Source: Methanobacteriota archaeon (GTDB lineage Archaea > Thermoplasmatota > Poseidoniia > Poseidoniales > Thalassarchaeaceae). From it: a DNA stretch of 64,000 nt. Below are positions 45,664 to 55,246 of this stretch, piece by piece; position 1 is the stretch's first letter; each line of letters starts with the position of its first letter. A program made the translations under genes and the position numbers. The notes beneath the pieces are model-generated. The model ran no database searches and was not told where the DNA came from. It saw only the letters and a list, made by a program, of their open reading frames with translations. The stretch covers positions 3,217 to 67,216 of the forward strand of contig PBMO01000021.1 in assembly GCA_002722595.1 (NCBI GenBank). The letters are read 5' to 3'.

Positions 45664-47682
45664 ATGTCCGGACAAAAGGTTGCATTTGTACTAGTATTGA
45701 TGATGCTTTTACCAGGTTGTATGGGAGGGGAATCTTCCGATTCTGACACCTCAGAAATTGTCACGCCTGATGACATTGACCCAATACCAGCTCAAACGAT
45801 TAATGTTGAAAGCACAAGTGGATGTGATAATCTCAACCCAATTCATTGCATGTTGCCATTCCCATCATCGGCATTCTTGAAAGATGACAACACCACAATA
45901 ACTGGGTTGCGAGTGGATTATGCACCAAACACATTGCCAGTCTCTGGAACGCTGACCAACCAAGGTGGAAATGTTCAGATTGATTCATTAAACAGGTTAG
46001 ATGGAATGAGCCCATCAACTCAGATTATGACTGCTTTTAGCACTCTTCCTAATCTTACAGGTGTCGCAGATCAATACAACATAGGCCAGTCTTTAGAAAC
46101 TGGACATTCGACGACTCTGTTGAATTTAGACACTGGTGAAAGGTTACCCCATTGGGTTGAGCTTGATGCACGTGCAGATTCGGAATCCGAGACAATAGTA
46201 TTCATTCGCACTCTCAATTCATTAGACCCTAACACAAATTATGGCGTTGGTATTTCAGGTATGGGTGTTTCACCATCGGATGCATTCCAAGCTATATTGG
46301 ATGGTGTAGAGACCAACGCAATCGATGTCGAGAATCGTCGAGAGTCACTGAATTTGTTAATCGAAGAAATGGAAAAGGTAGGGCACCCTGTTGCAGATTT
46401 GAAGGCTGCATGGACCTTTCACACAGCATCTCTGGATTCAATTCTTGGCGGAACTCTATCAATGAGAGAAGATGCTTTGCAACGTCTCGGTGACGGTGGC
46501 ATCAATTGCACTGTAACAAATGTAGAAGAGAACTGGATTGATGATACTGATTCTGACTTCAGATTGATTGAAGGTACATACACGGTCCCTCAATATGTAG
46601 AACGTCAAGTGCTTCCAAGTCTACTGAGTCGTGATGCAAATGGCACCCCTCAATTTGTAGAGAACGCAGAGATTCCTTTCACATTAGTCATTCCGAAGAT
46701 AATTGCTGACAATAATGAGAGTGCCCCTCTCGTGGTATTTGGACATGGTTTCCTAGGCGATGGACGTTCGACAAAAGGCTACACAATTGGTTGGGCTCAA
46801 GAGTATCAGGTTGCAATGATTTCTACAGATATTGCTGGGTGGTCCGGTGCCGATATGGATACGATATTCATGGGCCTTGGAGACCCATCCTACTTCGAGC
46901 ATCAATCTGATAGATTACAACAAATGCTAATCAATCAAATGGCTATGGCTAGAACTTTCAAGGGCGTATGTAGTGATTTGGCCGATATGTTTCACAATGG
47001 TACCAATCTTGTAGATAGTTCCGATGTCCACTACATGGGTTATTCATTGGGCGGGATCTATGGCGCAAGTATTACAGCGTTTTCTCCTGACATAGATCGT
47101 GCGGCTCTGTGGGTTGGGGGCTCTGGTTTTTCATCATTCATTGAACGGAGTACCAACTATGCCAGATTCTCAGATCCATTCAAAGTATCTCAAGCATATA
47201 CAGAGAGAAACGATCGTGCGTTGTTGATTGCAGTCTGCCAACAGATGTGGGATGCATCTGATGCTGAAACCTGGCTGAGATTCTCTCAGGAAGGATATGG
47301 TGATGACATACAATCATTCAATTTCTTGTCGACTATATCGGTCAATGATGCTCAGGTCCCAGGATTATCTGCTGATCGCTCAGCCCGGACTGCAGGTGTT
47401 CCGTTACTGAATGGTTCTATGCGAATGCCCTATGGAATTACCGTAGCCGATGGTCCAATCAATGGTTCAGCCATTGTTTACTGGGATGGTGGTTATGCTG
47501 ACATGCCATCAACGAATGCTGCGCCACCCATTGGGGACGCAGGTAAGGCACACAATGAGATTGCACCCATTATCCAAGTGAATTCAATGGTTGGCGATTT
47601 CTTGAATACTGGTATCATAAATGATACATGTAACGGAAGTTGCACATTCGATTATAACACCGATAGCGTTGAAGGGTTCTAG
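45664..47682 (+). CDS. Secreted alpha/beta-hydrolase (lipoprotein-like signal), esterase/peptidase of unknown specificity
   Basis: N-terminal MSGQKVAFVLVLMMLLPGC resembles a lipobox. The nucleophile elbow is GYSLGG. VVFGHGF lies upstream of it. The ORF opens at a TTG at 45634. Confidence 0.75.
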   Translation: MSGQKVAFVLVLMMLLPGCMGGESSDSDTSEIVTPDDIDPIPAQTINVESTSGCDNLNPIHCMLPFPSSAFLKDDNTTITGLRVDYAPNTLPVSGTLTNQGGNVQIDSLNRLDGMSPSTQIMTAFSTLPNLTGVADQYNIGQSLETGHSTTLLNLDTGERLPHWVELDARADSESETIVFIRTLNSLDPNTNYGVGISGMGVSPSDAFQAILDGVETNAIDVENRRESLNLLIEEMEKVGHPVADLKAAWTFHTASLDSILGGTLSMREDALQRLGDGGINCTVTNVEENWIDDTDSDFRLIEGTYTVPQYVERQVLPSLLSRDANGTPQFVENAEIPFTLVIPKIIADNNESAPLVVFGHGFLGDGRSTKGYTIGWAQEYQVAMISTDIAGWSGADMDTIFMGLGDPSYFEHQSDRLQQMLINQMAMARTFKGVCSDLADMFHNGTNLVDSSDVHYMGYSLGGIYGASITAFSPDIDRAALWVGGSGFSSFIERSTNYARFSDPFKVSQAYTERNDRALLIAVCQQMWDASDAETWLRFSQEGYGDDIQSFNFLSTISVNDAQVPGLSADRSARTAGVPLLNGSMRMPYGITVADGPINGSAIVYWDGGYADMPSTNAAPPIGDAGKAHNEIAPIIQVNSMVGDFLNTGIINDTCNGSCTFDYNTDSVEGF

Positions 47683-47879
47683 CGAAATTTTCGAGACGAC
47701 GGGGCAACCTTCGGTTGCTTCCTTTTTCCTCTTGTCGTCATTGGAGTTTCTCGGAAATCCCATGGATTTGTTTGCTTCCAACTATTGCGATTCCTCTTGA
47801 GTTCTCGAACTGCTAGAATGAATACAAATAGTGTACAAACTGCTACTAAAATTACAATAATGCCCATTGTCGAAATCAT
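47679..47879 (-). CDS. Small single-TM protein (66 aa) with a basic C-terminal tail
   Basis: The ATG overlaps the upstream TGA as ATGA. The TM is MGIIVILVAVCTLFVFILAV, followed by a K/R-rich tail. The upstream part of track ORF 47679..48068 overlaps the previous gene out of frame. Confidence 0.45.
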   Translation of the reverse strand: MISTMGIIVILVAVCTLFVFILAVRELKRNRNSWKQTNPWDFRETPMTTRGKRKQPKVAPSSRKFR

Positions 47880-48328
47880 GCTGTCATCTCCTGTTTCTTC
47901 GTTTCTATTTCGTGAGTAATTGACATCCCTAGTAGAACTCCTAATGGAGCCACCATCATGCAAAGCAGCAATGTTGGCATTGACACCCAAATTGGTTTTT
48001 CGGTAGTATTCATTCGTTTCCAAATCCATCTGCCTGCTAAGGTATCTAGAGCCAGCATGTGTAACCAAGCGAGCATAATTGTTGTATCATCATCAAACAT
48101 CTCAAGGACGATTTCTGGAGTGGGCATTTGTGTTCCTAATAACAGAAAAATATCCAGCAAGTTTGGTATTACAAGTAGTACATATGGCACAGTCAATGGG
48201 GCGATACAATACCACGGATTACCCAATAATTTCGCTGTAATTTCATGCTTAGGCAAGAACCACATCAGCATCCAAAATGGGAGTATAAGAATACTTGAAA
48301 TCCAGAATAACACGGTCATGGTTGACAT
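47876..48328 (-). CDS. ABA4-like / DUF4281 membrane protein (4 TM)
   Basis: A roughly 150-aa membrane protein with the pattern FWISSILILPFWMLMWFLPKH...LLGNPWY...AWLHMLALDTLAGRWIW, typical of DUF4281. It starts 9 nt after crtI. Confidence 0.6.
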   Translation of the reverse strand: MSTMTVLFWISSILILPFWMLMWFLPKHEITAKLLGNPWYCIAPLTVPYVLLVIPNLLDIFLLLGTQMPTPEIVLEMFDDDTTIMLAWLHMLALDTLAGRWIWKRMNTTEKPIWVSMPTLLLCMMVAPLGVLLGMSITHEIETKKQEMTA

Positions 48329-48337
48329 AATAACACC

Positions 48338-49924
48338 TCAATTTGCATTTATTTTCCTAATTGATTTCGGTTTTCTAACGGTTGGGAACCAAGTATCTAC
48401 TCCATTCCAATCAGGTACAATACCTAGATCTGCACAAATTAGTTTACTTGATATTCTTCCACTTTCATATATCGTAGGTAATCCACTTCCTGGATGAGTC
48501 CCTCCTCCAACAATGTATACATTTTCAAATTCTTCAAACCGATTATTTGGCCGCATCCAAAGCATTTGAGTTATGTTATGTGTGAGGTTGAAAACAGCTC
48601 CTCTGTAGATACTTCTTTCTCCCCAATCATCCGGTGTGACAATAGTTTCCGATACAATGTGTTCTTCAACATCCTCGAATCCTAGTTTTTCCATCTGTCG
48701 AATGACAATGTCACGATATTCCATTTTCATTGAGTTCCAATCAATATCATGTTTTGTATTGGGTACTGGTACCAGAACATACAGTGTCGATTTCCCTTCT
48801 GGTGCCAATGTATTATCCGTCACACAAGCATTTTGCACATATATCGAGGGGTCCTCCCAAGGCACATCTCCGCCAACAATGGCATCAAGATTAGATTCGT
48901 AGTCCTTTGCAGCATATATCTGGTGATGTGGTTGCTGATCATACAATTTGTCCATTCCCAGATACAGCATGAATGTTGAACAGGAGTACCCCTTCTTCTC
49001 GAGTTTTTTATTACTCCATTTTCTCCTTCTTTTATCTGGAACCAAACCCTTCATCGCAGTAGCAAAATCAGCATTCACTACAATTTTGTCTGCAGTGTAA
49101 ACACCTTGTGCAGTTCTTACACCTGAAACCTTCTTACTATTTCCTTCAAAGACAATCTCTTCGACCTTTTCTCCTAGCTGTATTTTGACACCCATTTCTT
49201 TAGCAATATCTGCCATTCGTTCAGATATTGCACCTAGCCCCCCCTCTGTGTGAAATACTCCATGGGCATACTCTAGGTACGATAAAATTGTGAATAAGGA
49301 GGGCGCATGAAATGGACTCATGCCCAGATATTTTGTCTGAAAACTCATGGCTAACCGGATTCTAGGATCGGGAAATATTCGTTGGAGATCAGTTGCCACC
49401 GATCTCCATGGCCTTAGTACCGTAGCAGCGCTGAATGCTCTTTTACTGAATACGTTAGTTATTGAATTCCACGGTGTTTGTAAAGTTGATTTAGCTCGAT
49501 TGAGTTTTTTCCGATTGTCTTCAATGTACTTTTGGAAACCCTTTGCATTTACTTCACCAGAAAGCTCACGAACCCTTTCAGTCATTAATTCCAAATCACA
49601 GGTGGCATCAATATGCCCCCCGGCTCCAAAAACCAAGCGATAATTCGGATCAATTGGTATCAATCCCAAGTCCTTATGCGCATCTCTGCCTATTGCCTGA
49701 AAAATTTCTTCAATAATTTCAGGGAAGTGGAAAAAGGTAGGCCCATTATCGAATTTGAAACCATCTTTTTCCCAAACATGAGTTCGGCCACCAACGAAAT
49801 TTTCTTTCTCAAGTATTGTCACATCTATGCCTGATTTAGCAAGTAGCAATGCAGATGCTAGACCACCTGGTCCGGCTCCAACGATGATTACCTTTGGTTT
49901 TGCATCATCGGACATATTACTCAA
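48338..49924 (-). CDS. crtI: Phytoene desaturase family FAD oxidoreductase (CrtI/CrtD-like)
   Basis: N-terminal dinucleotide fold VIIVGAGPGGLASALLLAKSG...LEKENFVGGR. C-terminal VGGGTHPGSGLP motif. Confidence 0.85.
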   Translation of the reverse strand: MSNMSDDAKPKVIIVGAGPGGLASALLLAKSGIDVTILEKENFVGGRTHVWEKDGFKFDNGPTFFHFPEIIEEIFQAIGRDAHKDLGLIPIDPNYRLVFGAGGHIDATCDLELMTERVRELSGEVNAKGFQKYIEDNRKKLNRAKSTLQTPWNSITNVFSKRAFSAATVLRPWRSVATDLQRIFPDPRIRLAMSFQTKYLGMSPFHAPSLFTILSYLEYAHGVFHTEGGLGAISERMADIAKEMGVKIQLGEKVEEIVFEGNSKKVSGVRTAQGVYTADKIVVNADFATAMKGLVPDKRRRKWSNKKLEKKGYSCSTFMLYLGMDKLYDQQPHHQIYAAKDYESNLDAIVGGDVPWEDPSIYVQNACVTDNTLAPEGKSTLYVLVPVPNTKHDIDWNSMKMEYRDIVIRQMEKLGFEDVEEHIVSETIVTPDDWGERSIYRGAVFNLTHNITQMLWMRPNNRFEEFENVYIVGGGTHPGSGLPTIYESGRISSKLICADLGIVPDWNGVDTWFPTVRKPKSIRKINAN

Positions 49925-49965
49925 AGGGTATTGAACGACTTATAAGGGGGCGTTTTTCATCTAAT

Positions 49966-51201
49966 CTAAAATTGGCTTGGTATTTTCAAACCAGTTCTAA
50001 ATTCTTTCAAATACGGCCCCATAGATTCGATCAATTTTACATTGGGGTGGGTACGAATAACTAAGCCATCCATATACATCAATGCTCGAATGATTGGAAA
50101 CGCCTCTTCACCGAAGTCAGCCTTTGCAATTTCAACAGCGGCTCTTACCGTTTTCATCATAATTCGGGTCAGACTTTGTTCCCCAACAGATTTTGTTTCA
50201 AAGTCAGAATATATTTCTCCCATTTTCCTGCGAAATTTGACAATTCTCTTTTCACTAAGTTCAGAGTCAGACATCTTCATCAAAGATTCATATGCGGCGT
50301 CATATTCACGTTTGGCTAGATTGTCAAAGAAGTTGAAAAGTGATAAACTGATTTTTTTGGGTGCATGACATATCGCCCCATTATCAATGAATACAAAATT
50401 ACCTTGCTTATCGATGATACAATTGCCGGGATGCAAGTCGCCATGGAACGTACCCACGCCAAAAAGAAAAGCACCATGTATTCTGAATAGATCGAGGAGT
50501 GTTTGCCAAGATAGTGATTTTTCATCAATGCCTTTCTCAAGAGAAGTACCCTCAATGTATTCTGAAACAAGAACATATTCATTTGATAATTCCTTCCAAT
50601 ATTTTGGGAATCTCAACTTTGGCATAGGGAAATCATCAGAAATAGACGTTTGAATTTCTTTCAGTTCTTCAGCCCCCTTTATCTCGTTTCGCAAGTCCAG
50701 TTCTCTTGTAGTGTAATCAGAAACGTGATTTAGCAGAGCTATTGGGTTTCCAACGCGTCGTAGTTTCGGATATACAAGCATAATGATTCGCAACCACCTT
50801 CTCATACGTCGGACGTCTCTTCTGAATTCATCTGCGGATTGATTTTTGATTACTTTGACAACAACATCTTCTCCGGATTTTAATTTAGCACGATGGACTT
50901 GACCAACGGATGCAGATGCCAGTGGGGTTTCATCTATGGATTCAAATGCCTCTCGAAATCCGATAGGCGCCTTCCTATCGATTCCAATGAATACGTCTTC
51001 TGCCGGAATTTGTGAGGCATTTTGATACAAAGTTTGCAATTGTTGACATTTTTCATCGCTAAGTATATCCGACCTTAGAGCAAAAATTTGAGTTAATTTA
51101 ACCGCCAACAAACCTTGCCTTTGAATCCAATCCAAATCAGCTGGTCGATCCCTAAGAATCTGGCGCATGAAACGTAAGAATGTCAGTAGACGCATGTTCA
51201 C
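49966..51201 (-). CDS. ABC1/UbiB-family atypical protein kinase
   Basis: ASASVGQVHRAKL...VVVKV and catalytic HGDLHPGN are present. It overlaps the upstream regulator gene by 4 nt. Confidence 0.85.
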   Translation of the reverse strand: MNMRLLTFLRFMRQILRDRPADLDWIQRQGLLAVKLTQIFALRSDILSDEKCQQLQTLYQNASQIPAEDVFIGIDRKAPIGFREAFESIDETPLASASVGQVHRAKLKSGEDVVVKVIKNQSADEFRRDVRRMRRWLRIIMLVYPKLRRVGNPIALLNHVSDYTTRELDLRNEIKGAEELKEIQTSISDDFPMPKLRFPKYWKELSNEYVLVSEYIEGTSLEKGIDEKSLSWQTLLDLFRIHGAFLFGVGTFHGDLHPGNCIIDKQGNFVFIDNGAICHAPKKISLSLFNFFDNLAKREYDAAYESLMKMSDSELSEKRIVKFRRKMGEIYSDFETKSVGEQSLTRIMMKTVRAAVEIAKADFGEEAFPIIRALMYMDGLVIRTHPNVKLIESMGPYLKEFRTGLKIPSQF

Positions 51202-52598
51202 TCCTGCATTTCAATGAGATCATGTTCTTGAAAAATTAGATAATATCTACTAAATTCACCATCCACTCCATCCTCTCTGCGGATTGTTACGTTGTCCCCA
51301 TCAGAATAACGAGTCTCGAGAACACCTCCAATAATTCCATCATCAAGTTCAGCTAATGGCAAAGAATCGTCGGATTCATTTTCTTGCTTTTGCAAATATA
51401 CTTTGACATGAAAAGTGGGGTCTAACTCATAATCCAGTTCTCCCAAACCTGCATGCTCCCACCAATCCATCATCTCGTTCAAGAACTCCACATGCCCCTC
51501 AATTGCACGTAGACTGAAAGCCAACTCCCTTCCGATCCTATTTCCAACCTGTCTTAGGATGCTACCAATGTCAATCCCCAGAGCCCGAAGATTCTCTAAT
51601 TTTCCACCTTGTAATGCAAGTCTAGCATCATTAAGTTCGTGACCAGATGCAAGGAATGATTGTGGATCAAATGGTGTATCCTTATCAGGTAATTCTCCAG
51701 ATAGACCCAAGGCGTTTCTGAATGTGTCTAGAAATGATCCCTCTCCGACAGTCAATCGCAAAGGATCAACGATTCTTTCCTCTGTGAATCGGACTTTCGC
51801 AACATCAAAATCTACCGCATCATCCCAGATAGCTTCAACAAGATTAGACTGGTTCGCAGCAAACGAATTTGATTCGATTACTAATGCAGCATCTTCCCTC
51901 CCCCTTCCAACTGGGTTTTCTTCAACCTGTAAAAATTGAATGACCTCAGATTGATCCATCAATGCACCAAGAGAGCTGACATCATCTGAGTGTCTCACCC
52001 CTATTGAATCATCCAACTCATTGAAGAATCTAACAGTACGGCGATCTAGTTGAGCAAGAACGTTGACAACAACCCCTCTTTGTGCAGCAGAATTGACTTC
52101 CGCCAGTGCATCAGATCTACACAGGTGCAATATCCCGAATTGGCCGAGAAGTAACACGAGTCTTTCTTCAGCATCCAGAGCCATCTTTTTGATGCGATTG
52201 AAGATGTGTACTCTTTCCTTTAAAACTGCAAATCGGGGTTCGAGTGATGACGCTTGTTCCTTCTTACCCTTTTTCTGCATCGGGCTATTTCCAGATTCTA
52301 ATTCGGCTAATCCAGACTCTGTGCGTTTGAGTTTCAATCTCTGCATATCTATCAATTTACGAATAACTGCATCGACAGAATCACAACTAAATTTCATAGG
52401 TTTCTCTGCAGAAACAACGACAATACCAATTTCTTGTAAACGAGAAAGAGAATTGTACGCATCAAGGCGAGTAGTTCCAAGTTCTTTCGCCAATTCACTT
52501 GCCCGCATTCGTTCGTTTGCGGAGAGGATAAGAATAGCCTCTGCTTCTCTTGGTGTGAGGCCTGCATCGACTAAGACTTGTTGCCAAGACATCCTCAA
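51198..52598 (-). CDS. TrmB-family winged-helix transcriptional regulator with a roughly 370-aa uncharacterised C-terminal region
   Basis: The N-terminal GLTPREAEAILILSANERMRASELAKELGTTRLDAYNSLSRLQEIGIVV follows the TrmB HTH pattern. The rest has no motif I recognise. Confidence 0.7.
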   Translation of the reverse strand: MRMSWQQVLVDAGLTPREAEAILILSANERMRASELAKELGTTRLDAYNSLSRLQEIGIVVVSAEKPMKFSCDSVDAVIRKLIDMQRLKLKRTESGLAELESGNSPMQKKGKKEQASSLEPRFAVLKERVHIFNRIKKMALDAEERLVLLLGQFGILHLCRSDALAEVNSAAQRGVVVNVLAQLDRRTVRFFNELDDSIGVRHSDDVSSLGALMDQSEVIQFLQVEENPVGRGREDAALVIESNSFAANQSNLVEAIWDDAVDFDVAKVRFTEERIVDPLRLTVGEGSFLDTFRNALGLSGELPDKDTPFDPQSFLASGHELNDARLALQGGKLENLRALGIDIGSILRQVGNRIGRELAFSLRAIEGHVEFLNEMMDWWEHAGLGELDYELDPTFHVKVYLQKQENESDDSLPLAELDDGIIGGVLETRYSDGDNVTIRREDGVDGEFSRYYLIFQEHDLIEMQE

Positions 52599-53077
52599 GC
52601 CCCCTGAGTTACGGTACTCAATGAGTCAAGAATTCTAGCAACATGTCGTCGTGGTCTAAATAACCAATCATAACAATAGTGAATTGTGCGATCTGGACCA
52701 ATAACAAATGATGACTTGGCAGGAAATCTACCCAGGAATATTGGTACACCGTAAGCATTAGCCACAGCACGATTTTCATCGGAAAGAATTGGAAATGGTA
52801 AATCCAGTTGCTGCTTGAATTCTTCATGATCTCTAGTTGGTTGTTGACTAATTCCGATAATTTCAACAGGTGGTGTCAATGATTGAAACAAGTCATATTG
52901 TTCCTTGAAAGTTAAACAACCTCTCTTGCAAGTGGGAGAACCATCCCTAGCATAGAAGAACAAAACCTTCCATGCGCCATCTAAATCAGATAAACTAAAT
53001 GATTCGCCATCTGATGTAGGCAAGGTGAAGTCAGGTGCCTTTTGCCCAGTCAAAGATGATGCCATTAATTCTCCCAA
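52595..53077 (-). CDS. bcp: Bcp/PrxQ-like thiol peroxidase (thioredoxin fold)
   Basis: APDFTLPTSDG...VLFFYARDGSPTCKRGC shows the AhpC/TSA layout with a peroxidatic Cys and a nearby second Cys. It overlaps the TrmB-like gene by 4 nt. Confidence 0.75.
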   Translation of the reverse strand: MGELMASSLTGQKAPDFTLPTSDGESFSLSDLDGAWKVLFFYARDGSPTCKRGCLTFKEQYDLFQSLTPPVEIIGISQQPTRDHEEFKQQLDLPFPILSDENRAVANAYGVPIFLGRFPAKSSFVIGPDRTIHYCYDWLFRPRRHVARILDSLSTVTQGA

Positions 53078-53232
53078 CCTGAAACTACGTGTAAGTCAAC
53101 CGATGCAATAGTCAGAGTGACATCTCCACGCCCTACTGTTTATTCGACCATACTTTAGTTGATAAACACATGTTGAATGTCACGATTGCATCTAAACAGC
53201 GCATTATAACTGTAGGTTGACGATAATTCGCC

Positions 53233-53709
53233 ATGCGCACGATAGATGCTGACCTTGGTGTGGCAGCAATCGTGGTCCAAGATGGGGGGATATTGCTAGT
53301 CCAGGAAGGTCAGGGTTTGCATCAGGGACATTGGGGTCTACCGAAAGGTTTCGTAGAACCAGGAGAATTGCCAGCGAATGCAGTTATCAGAGAACTATAC
53401 GAAGAATGTGGCCTCACTGGTACAATAACCGGCTTAATTGGGATTAGAGAAGCACTTAGAGATTCGAATCCATGCGTGTTTATAGCCTATCAAGTGTATT
53501 CTCCAACCGATAATTTACGTCCTAATCTCGATGAAATATCTGCGGCTAGATTTTTCAAATTGGATGAGCTATCTGAATTGAGATGGATTAGTGATGCAAT
53601 GTATCTTCTTGCCAAATCTGGGCTTGAAGCGAGTGGACTCACATCTTCAATAGATTTCACATCCAAATTGGATTATCCATACCTCGTTCATCTATGTGGG
53701 GAGGCTTAA
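53233..53709 (+). CDS. Nudix hydrolase
   Basis: A complete Nudix box is present: GFVEPGELPANAVIRELYEECGL. Confidence 0.88.
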   Translation: MRTIDADLGVAAIVVQDGGILLVQEGQGLHQGHWGLPKGFVEPGELPANAVIRELYEECGLTGTITGLIGIREALRDSNPCVFIAYQVYSPTDNLRPNLDEISAARFFKLDELSELRWISDAMYLLAKSGLEASGLTSSIDFTSKLDYPYLVHLCGEA

Positions 53710-53713
53710 TTTC

Positions 53714-55237
53714 ATGAAACCAATTAGTGGAGATAGGATTCATGTTCTCAATGAACATGACATCGATACTAATGGCGATTTTGTCCTATATTGGATGATT
53801 GCAAACCGTCGTATACATTACAATCCTAGTTTACAACATGCCATTTCGATGTCATTTGAATTAAAAAAACCACTAATTGTTTTGGAAGCAATTTCAACCA
53901 GGCATCAATATGCTAGTGATCGAATATTGACTTTCATGATCCAAGGTATGCTTGAAAATCAGCAACAGTTTTCGGCTCATGATATCCGATATATTCCGTG
54001 GGTATCCACTCCCATCCAATCAGGCACTGGTTTATTGGAAAGAATTTCCGAAAAAGCAGCGATTGTTGTAACAGATTTATTTCCAACATATCATCCAAGG
54101 AAAGTGGTTGAATCTGCAAAGAAGAAAGTCAAAGTGAGATTCGAGGCAATTGATGGTAACGGATATCTCCCCCTCTCGATTGGAAACAAAGCATTCCCAA
54201 CTGCTCATTCTTTCCGCAGACACTTGCACGATCACTTTATTCAAAATTGGGAGGACATTCCCCTGGAGAATCCAATCCCAACAGAACATGCATTGTCAAT
54301 CCCCGAAGAACATTATCAGGAAATATTGAGTTCCAGCTCTATTGAACCTACACCATTAGAATGGATTTGGCGGGTTTGCCAAGGTGGTACTATTGGCCAA
54401 ACTGCTTTAGCAGCCTTGGAAATAGATCATTCAGTAAGTGCGGTCAAGTCTTACGAAGGTGGTCGTTCGAGTGCACTCATTCGTCTGGCCAGATTTATGG
54501 AGGATGGACTTAGAAGATATCACACAGATAGGAATGATTTGGTTCGTTGCGCTGCTAGTGGTTTATCTCCTTGGTTTCATTTTGGACACCTCTCAACAAT
54601 TGAAGTAATCATGCAGATACTCAAACGCGAGGATTGGGATCCAAATATGATAGATCCTAGTAGACGAGGCTCTCGTTCAGGTTGGTGGGGTCTTCCAGAG
54701 CCTGTTGAATCATTCCTCGATCAGATAATTACTTGGAGAGAACTAGGTTTCAATTTCGCCCATTATAGAGAAGATCACACCTCTATTGAATCCATACCAG
54801 AATGGGCCAAGAAATCTCTTAAGGAACATCATCAAGATCCCCGTCAAAGTTATACCTTTGAACAAATTGAAAATGCAGAAACTGAAGATGAACTGTGGAA
54901 TGCAGCACAACGACAATTGATGAGAGTCGGCATAATCCACAATTACTTGCGGATGGTATGGGGTAAGAGAATCCTAGAATGGGCGCCTAATGCAGAGACT
55001 GCTGCAGATTGGATGAAATATCTCAATGACAAATGGGCTCTAGATGGAAGAGATCCTAATTCTTACACAGGAATATTTTGGGTACTAGGCAGACATGATC
55101 GGGCATGGGGGCCTGAAAGGCCGATTTTTGGTAAAGTTCGATACATGTCTTCTGCAAATACTGCGAGGAAATTGAAAGTAGATGGATATCTGAATCGATG
55201 GGCTAGAGATGCGCTCCATTCTAATGATTACCCGTGA
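53714..55237 (+). CDS. phr: Class II CPD photolyase
   Basis: SPWFHFGHLS, HNYLRMVWGKRILEW and DPNSYTGIFWVLGRHDRAWGPERPIFGKVRYMS are characteristic of class II photolyases. The ATG at 53714 has GGGGAGG upstream. The ORF opens at a GTG at 53696. Confidence 0.92.
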   Translation: MKPISGDRIHVLNEHDIDTNGDFVLYWMIANRRIHYNPSLQHAISMSFELKKPLIVLEAISTRHQYASDRILTFMIQGMLENQQQFSAHDIRYIPWVSTPIQSGTGLLERISEKAAIVVTDLFPTYHPRKVVESAKKKVKVRFEAIDGNGYLPLSIGNKAFPTAHSFRRHLHDHFIQNWEDIPLENPIPTEHALSIPEEHYQEILSSSSIEPTPLEWIWRVCQGGTIGQTALAALEIDHSVSAVKSYEGGRSSALIRLARFMEDGLRRYHTDRNDLVRCAASGLSPWFHFGHLSTIEVIMQILKREDWDPNMIDPSRRGSRSGWWGLPEPVESFLDQIITWRELGFNFAHYREDHTSIESIPEWAKKSLKEHHQDPRQSYTFEQIENAETEDELWNAAQRQLMRVGIIHNYLRMVWGKRILEWAPNAETAADWMKYLNDKWALDGRDPNSYTGIFWVLGRHDRAWGPERPIFGKVRYMSSANTARKLKVDGYLNRWARDALHSNDYP

Positions 55238-55246
55238 GGTTTGGAT

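Noticed and set aside
45483-45776. 97-aa minus-strand ORF in the SDH/hydrolase intergenic region
   Set aside because: It overlaps the hydrolase signal-peptide region and the plus-strand zinc-ribbon ORF, and it has no motif. The plus-strand 41-aa CxxC...CxxC reading is the more plausible coding interpretation.
47880-48068. N-terminal 63 codons of track ORF 47679..48068
   Set aside because: This part overlaps the DUF4281 gene out of frame. An ATG at 47879 that overlaps the DUF4281 stop (ATGA) gives a sensible 66-aa single-TM protein, so only the downstream part is kept.
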